DNA of 64,000 nt from Candidatus Bathyarchaeota archaeon (GTDB lineage Archaea; Thermoproteota; Bathyarchaeia; Bathyarchaeales; Bathyarchaeaceae). The stretch is from the NCBI GenBank assembly GCA_004376295.1, contig SOJZ01000005.1, positions 33,914 through 97,913 on the forward strand, written 5' to 3'. The position numbers and the translations under genes are program-made. Of this stretch, positions 61,758 through 64,000 are shown in pieces (the stretch's first letter is position 1; each line of letters starts with the position of its first letter). The notes under the pieces were generated by a model. It was not told the origin of the DNA, did not search any database, and saw only the letters and a list, made by a program, of their open reading frames with translations.

Positions 61758-62161
61758 AAAACATCAATTTGGCGATGTAGTTTCTGATAAAGTTTGGTGT
61801 CATGCAATGGAAATATGTTATTGAAGATGTATCTCCAAGAGGTAACCTAAGGATTAAACCCCAGTAGCGCTACTCTTTAGACGCGCGCAGATGACTTGTA
61901 AAGTACATACTTAAGATAGTATTCATAAATGAGGGGAGCACACTTTAAGAGATATTTCTCATGATTCCAACGTCTCCTCGTGTCAATTGGCCTTCAAGAA
62001 TCTTGTGCTTCATTTTCCCTTGAAATTTCCAGCTAAAACACGGTCTCTGTGTGCAAAAGAAGTCGAAATTCGGCTTAAACACTAGTTGCGTATTTTCGTT
62101 GTTGCGTAAGACTTATAAATGATATTTAATGATACCTTTGACTTTGTAGGAGCCTAAAGAA

Positions 62162-62581
62162 ATGTCAACATCTATGAGTCTTGAAAAAATGGCTGGATGG
62201 GCTTTCATAATCTTTGTGATAGTAGCGATCGTAGCAGGGCTGGCAGTGGGCTACATGACTTGGCCAGACAGCGGAACAGATATGGCGACCGTAACAAGCA
62301 CTAATACGTGGATCACTTTAATTATGTTAATCCTCGGCGTTATAGTAGGGTTAGTAAGCATAACCGCAAAAGAAGTCACATCATTCCTTATGGCCTCGAT
62401 TGCTTTGATAGTGACAAGAGTCGGAGTGGATGTCTGGAAGCCACTCAACATTGACTGGTTGGCCAACGGGATACTATACTACTTTGCCGAAGGAATGCTA
62501 AACTACATTGTGGCGTTCGTGGCTCCAGCAGCTGTCATAATAGCAATAAAACAGGTCTACACCTTAGCCAAAACGAAGTAA
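62162..62581 (+). CDS. polytopic membrane protein
   Basis: 139 aa with four hydrophobic helices. No motif recognised. Confidence 0.55.
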   Translation: MSTSMSLEKMAGWAFIIFVIVAIVAGLAVGYMTWPDSGTDMATVTSTNTWITLIMLILGVIVGLVSITAKEVTSFLMASIALIVTRVGVDVWKPLNIDWLANGILYYFAEGMLNYIVAFVAPAAVIIAIKQVYTLAKTK

Positions 62582-62700
62582 TAAAGCCCTTCGTCCCCTT
62601 TTTTGTGCGGCGCAGTCCCTCAAGAAGTTTTTTATGTGCCGATCAAAAATTTAATCTAGTGATTATGTACATTCCAGAAGCATTAGGAGAATGAAGAAGA

Positions 62701-63789
62701 ATGGCCAAAGAAACGGACAAATGTGTGCTCTATGAAGACCTTTACGCAAAGAAAAAGGTCGAGGTCAAGCTGCCTTTGACCTCCACAGTTGATGTCGAAG
62801 AGTTCGCTAAGCATCTAGACATCTCCACTTACGTGGACAAGAGTTACCTTCCAATGAGAAGAGCAATTGTCGCTGTATGGGCTTGCCAGAACGCACACGT
62901 GCTTCATAAGATGTTTCCTGATTGCATTACCAAGAGGATTTCCAAAAAACCCATAGGGGCCTTGCTCTTCGGTGGGGGCGCTATCAAGATGTACTGTCCA
63001 TGCGCTAACAGAATCAACGGGCCACTCCGTAGACACCTCAAAGATGTGGATTTCATCGTTTCTAAGAAGCAAGGGACGGAATTCTACAGGCTGCTTCTCA
63101 AGCTGGGGAGTCTCTTCGGTACGGAATACCTTCACTTTGAAACCGAAGGCGACAGGATGTTCATGTTTCAAAGACATGGGACAAGATACCGTATTAGAAC
63201 CATAGATGCGGTGGACAAAAAGGGGATTCCGAAGGTCGGTGTCATGGATATTTTCTGTGATGAAATCGACCTGAGGCACAAAGTGAAGTTGAATGAGGAG
63301 TTCAAGAACCCGAAGGAAACTCTGTACACAATAGGACTAGAAAACATGATTCTTTCAAAGTGTCAGTTCATAATGGATCTTCCAGCCAGCGACCTCTCAA
63401 GGCTTGAGGATGTCGGTCAAGCCTTCAGGATACTAAGATATGATTATCTTCCCGATAGGCTGATCATCGGCATGGAGGAGAAGGACATAAGTGACATCTG
63501 TGCCATAATGCTGGATCACCCCATCGGAACAGGCCGACAAGAAGTTAATCCGACGAAGATGACGAGAGCGCTTAGAAAAGACAAGAGGTTCGCTGTGACT
63601 TGTAGGCTGAATCTTCAGAACGTTGTTGACCGCCCGGAAGTTTTGAAGGGCTTCGGCTTGACGAGAAGGCAGGTGTCCATGATAATAAACAGAATCGAGG
63701 TTTTGCTGAAGGCCATCCCAGTGATTGATGCTAAATGGAGCAAGCCTTGGTGGAATACCCAGGTGGAGACTCCTAAGATTTTCGACTAA
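62701..63789 (+). CDS. hypothetical protein with a possible nucleotidyltransferase-fold core
   Basis: 362 aa. LFGGGAIKMY...LKDVDFIV...VGVMDIFCD resembles the G[GS]...DxD...D pattern of Pol-beta-type/AbiEii-like NTases. This is weak, by-eye evidence only. Confidence 0.45.
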   Translation: MAKETDKCVLYEDLYAKKKVEVKLPLTSTVDVEEFAKHLDISTYVDKSYLPMRRAIVAVWACQNAHVLHKMFPDCITKRISKKPIGALLFGGGAIKMYCPCANRINGPLRRHLKDVDFIVSKKQGTEFYRLLLKLGSLFGTEYLHFETEGDRMFMFQRHGTRYRIRTIDAVDKKGIPKVGVMDIFCDEIDLRHKVKLNEEFKNPKETLYTIGLENMILSKCQFIMDLPASDLSRLEDVGQAFRILRYDYLPDRLIIGMEEKDISDICAIMLDHPIGTGRQEVNPTKMTRALRKDKRFAVTCRLNLQNVVDRPEVLKGFGLTRRQVSMIINRIEVLLKAIPVIDAKWSKPWWNTQVETPKIFD

Positions 63790-63859
63790 ACAGCCATTGG
63801 TACCTGATTCTATACATTCTGAGAAATTAGGCCTGTCTCAGTTAATCCAATGAGATTTA

Positions 63860-64000
63860 TTATATTTGTTCTCTGTACGCCTTGAAGACGAATAGCAAGA
63901 ACAGTATACTTAAGCCGAGGGAAAGGGGTTCGGTGAACAGCCAAATCTGGGAAGGTTCGATAGCGCCTGTCAGAATGTCGATGATGTTCCAGACGGAGAA
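63860..64000 (-). CDS. 3' end of a membrane-protein gene running off the right edge
   Basis: A minus-strand frame is open from the window edge: FSVWNIIDILTGAIEPSQIWLFTEPLSLGLSILFLLFVFKAYREQI*. No start lies inside the window, so it is absent from the ORF track. Confidence 0.3.
   Translation of the reverse strand, partial: FSVWNIIDILTGAIEPSQIWLFTEPLSLGLSILFLLFVFKAYREQI

Noticed and set aside
1-64000. CRISPR arrays, rRNA genes and cas genes.
   Set aside because: I noticed no regularly spaced direct repeats of 24-40 nt, no rRNA-like conserved stretches and no Cas-like ORFs. The scan was by eye only, so small RNAs could have been missed.

Overview
Archaeal chromosomal segment using the standard genetic code. 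The evidence is e-type ribosomal proteins, aIF2-gamma, Spt4/Rpo7, an Sm protein, and the proteasome-SBDS-exosome-L37Ae-Pcc1-prefoldin superoperon. The lineage cannot be resolved from sequence alone. I call about 75 protein genes and see no rRNA, tRNA or CRISPR array by eye.

Layout:
- 2.3-17.6 kb: acyl-CoA metabolism. This includes a DUF35-thiolase-crotonase-Hbd operon, DUF885, ACAD, two AMP-forming CoA ligases, a 2-hydroxyacyl-CoA dehydratase pair and a PanE-like reductase, plus ArsM with an RHH regulator.
- 17.8-22.6 kb: canonical smc-scpA-scpB.
- 23.7-32.7 kb: exosome superoperon, a DHH phosphoesterase and an ECF transporter module.
- 33-45 kb: mixed genes (tandem-SIS protein, secreted S8 protease, PGI/PMI, SPOUT methyltransferase, Sm).
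- 46.3-52.1 kb: ribosomal proteins, Spt4, Rpo7 and DPCK.
- 52.3-56.4 kb: AT-richer accessory patch.
- 56.5-63.8 kb: PIN, aIF2-gamma, S6e, a transglutaminase-like protein and Fae-Hps.

Most interesting observations:
1. A second, compact SMC-like/kleisin/tandem-winged-helix (KITE) operon at 36.3-39.7 kb. Its ATPase head motifs resemble Smc5/6 and it has no recognisable hinge.
2. Kilobase blocks of extreme G+T versus A+C strand skew that ignore gene orientation and in one case switch inside a gene.
3. Two intergenic repeat families: TGCATGCA palindromes that punctuate gene boundaries, and a TATAGGGGG...AGAGAGACAC element.
4. A triplicated ~40-bp bidirectional promoter cassette in the accessory patch.
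5. Several disrupted or oddly started conserved genes: Brix with in-frame TGAs inside identical 13-mers, a GNAT pseudogene, a TAG-interrupted small gene, and aIF2-gamma with no canonical start codon.

All family assignments come from motif recognition by eye. No database search was run.
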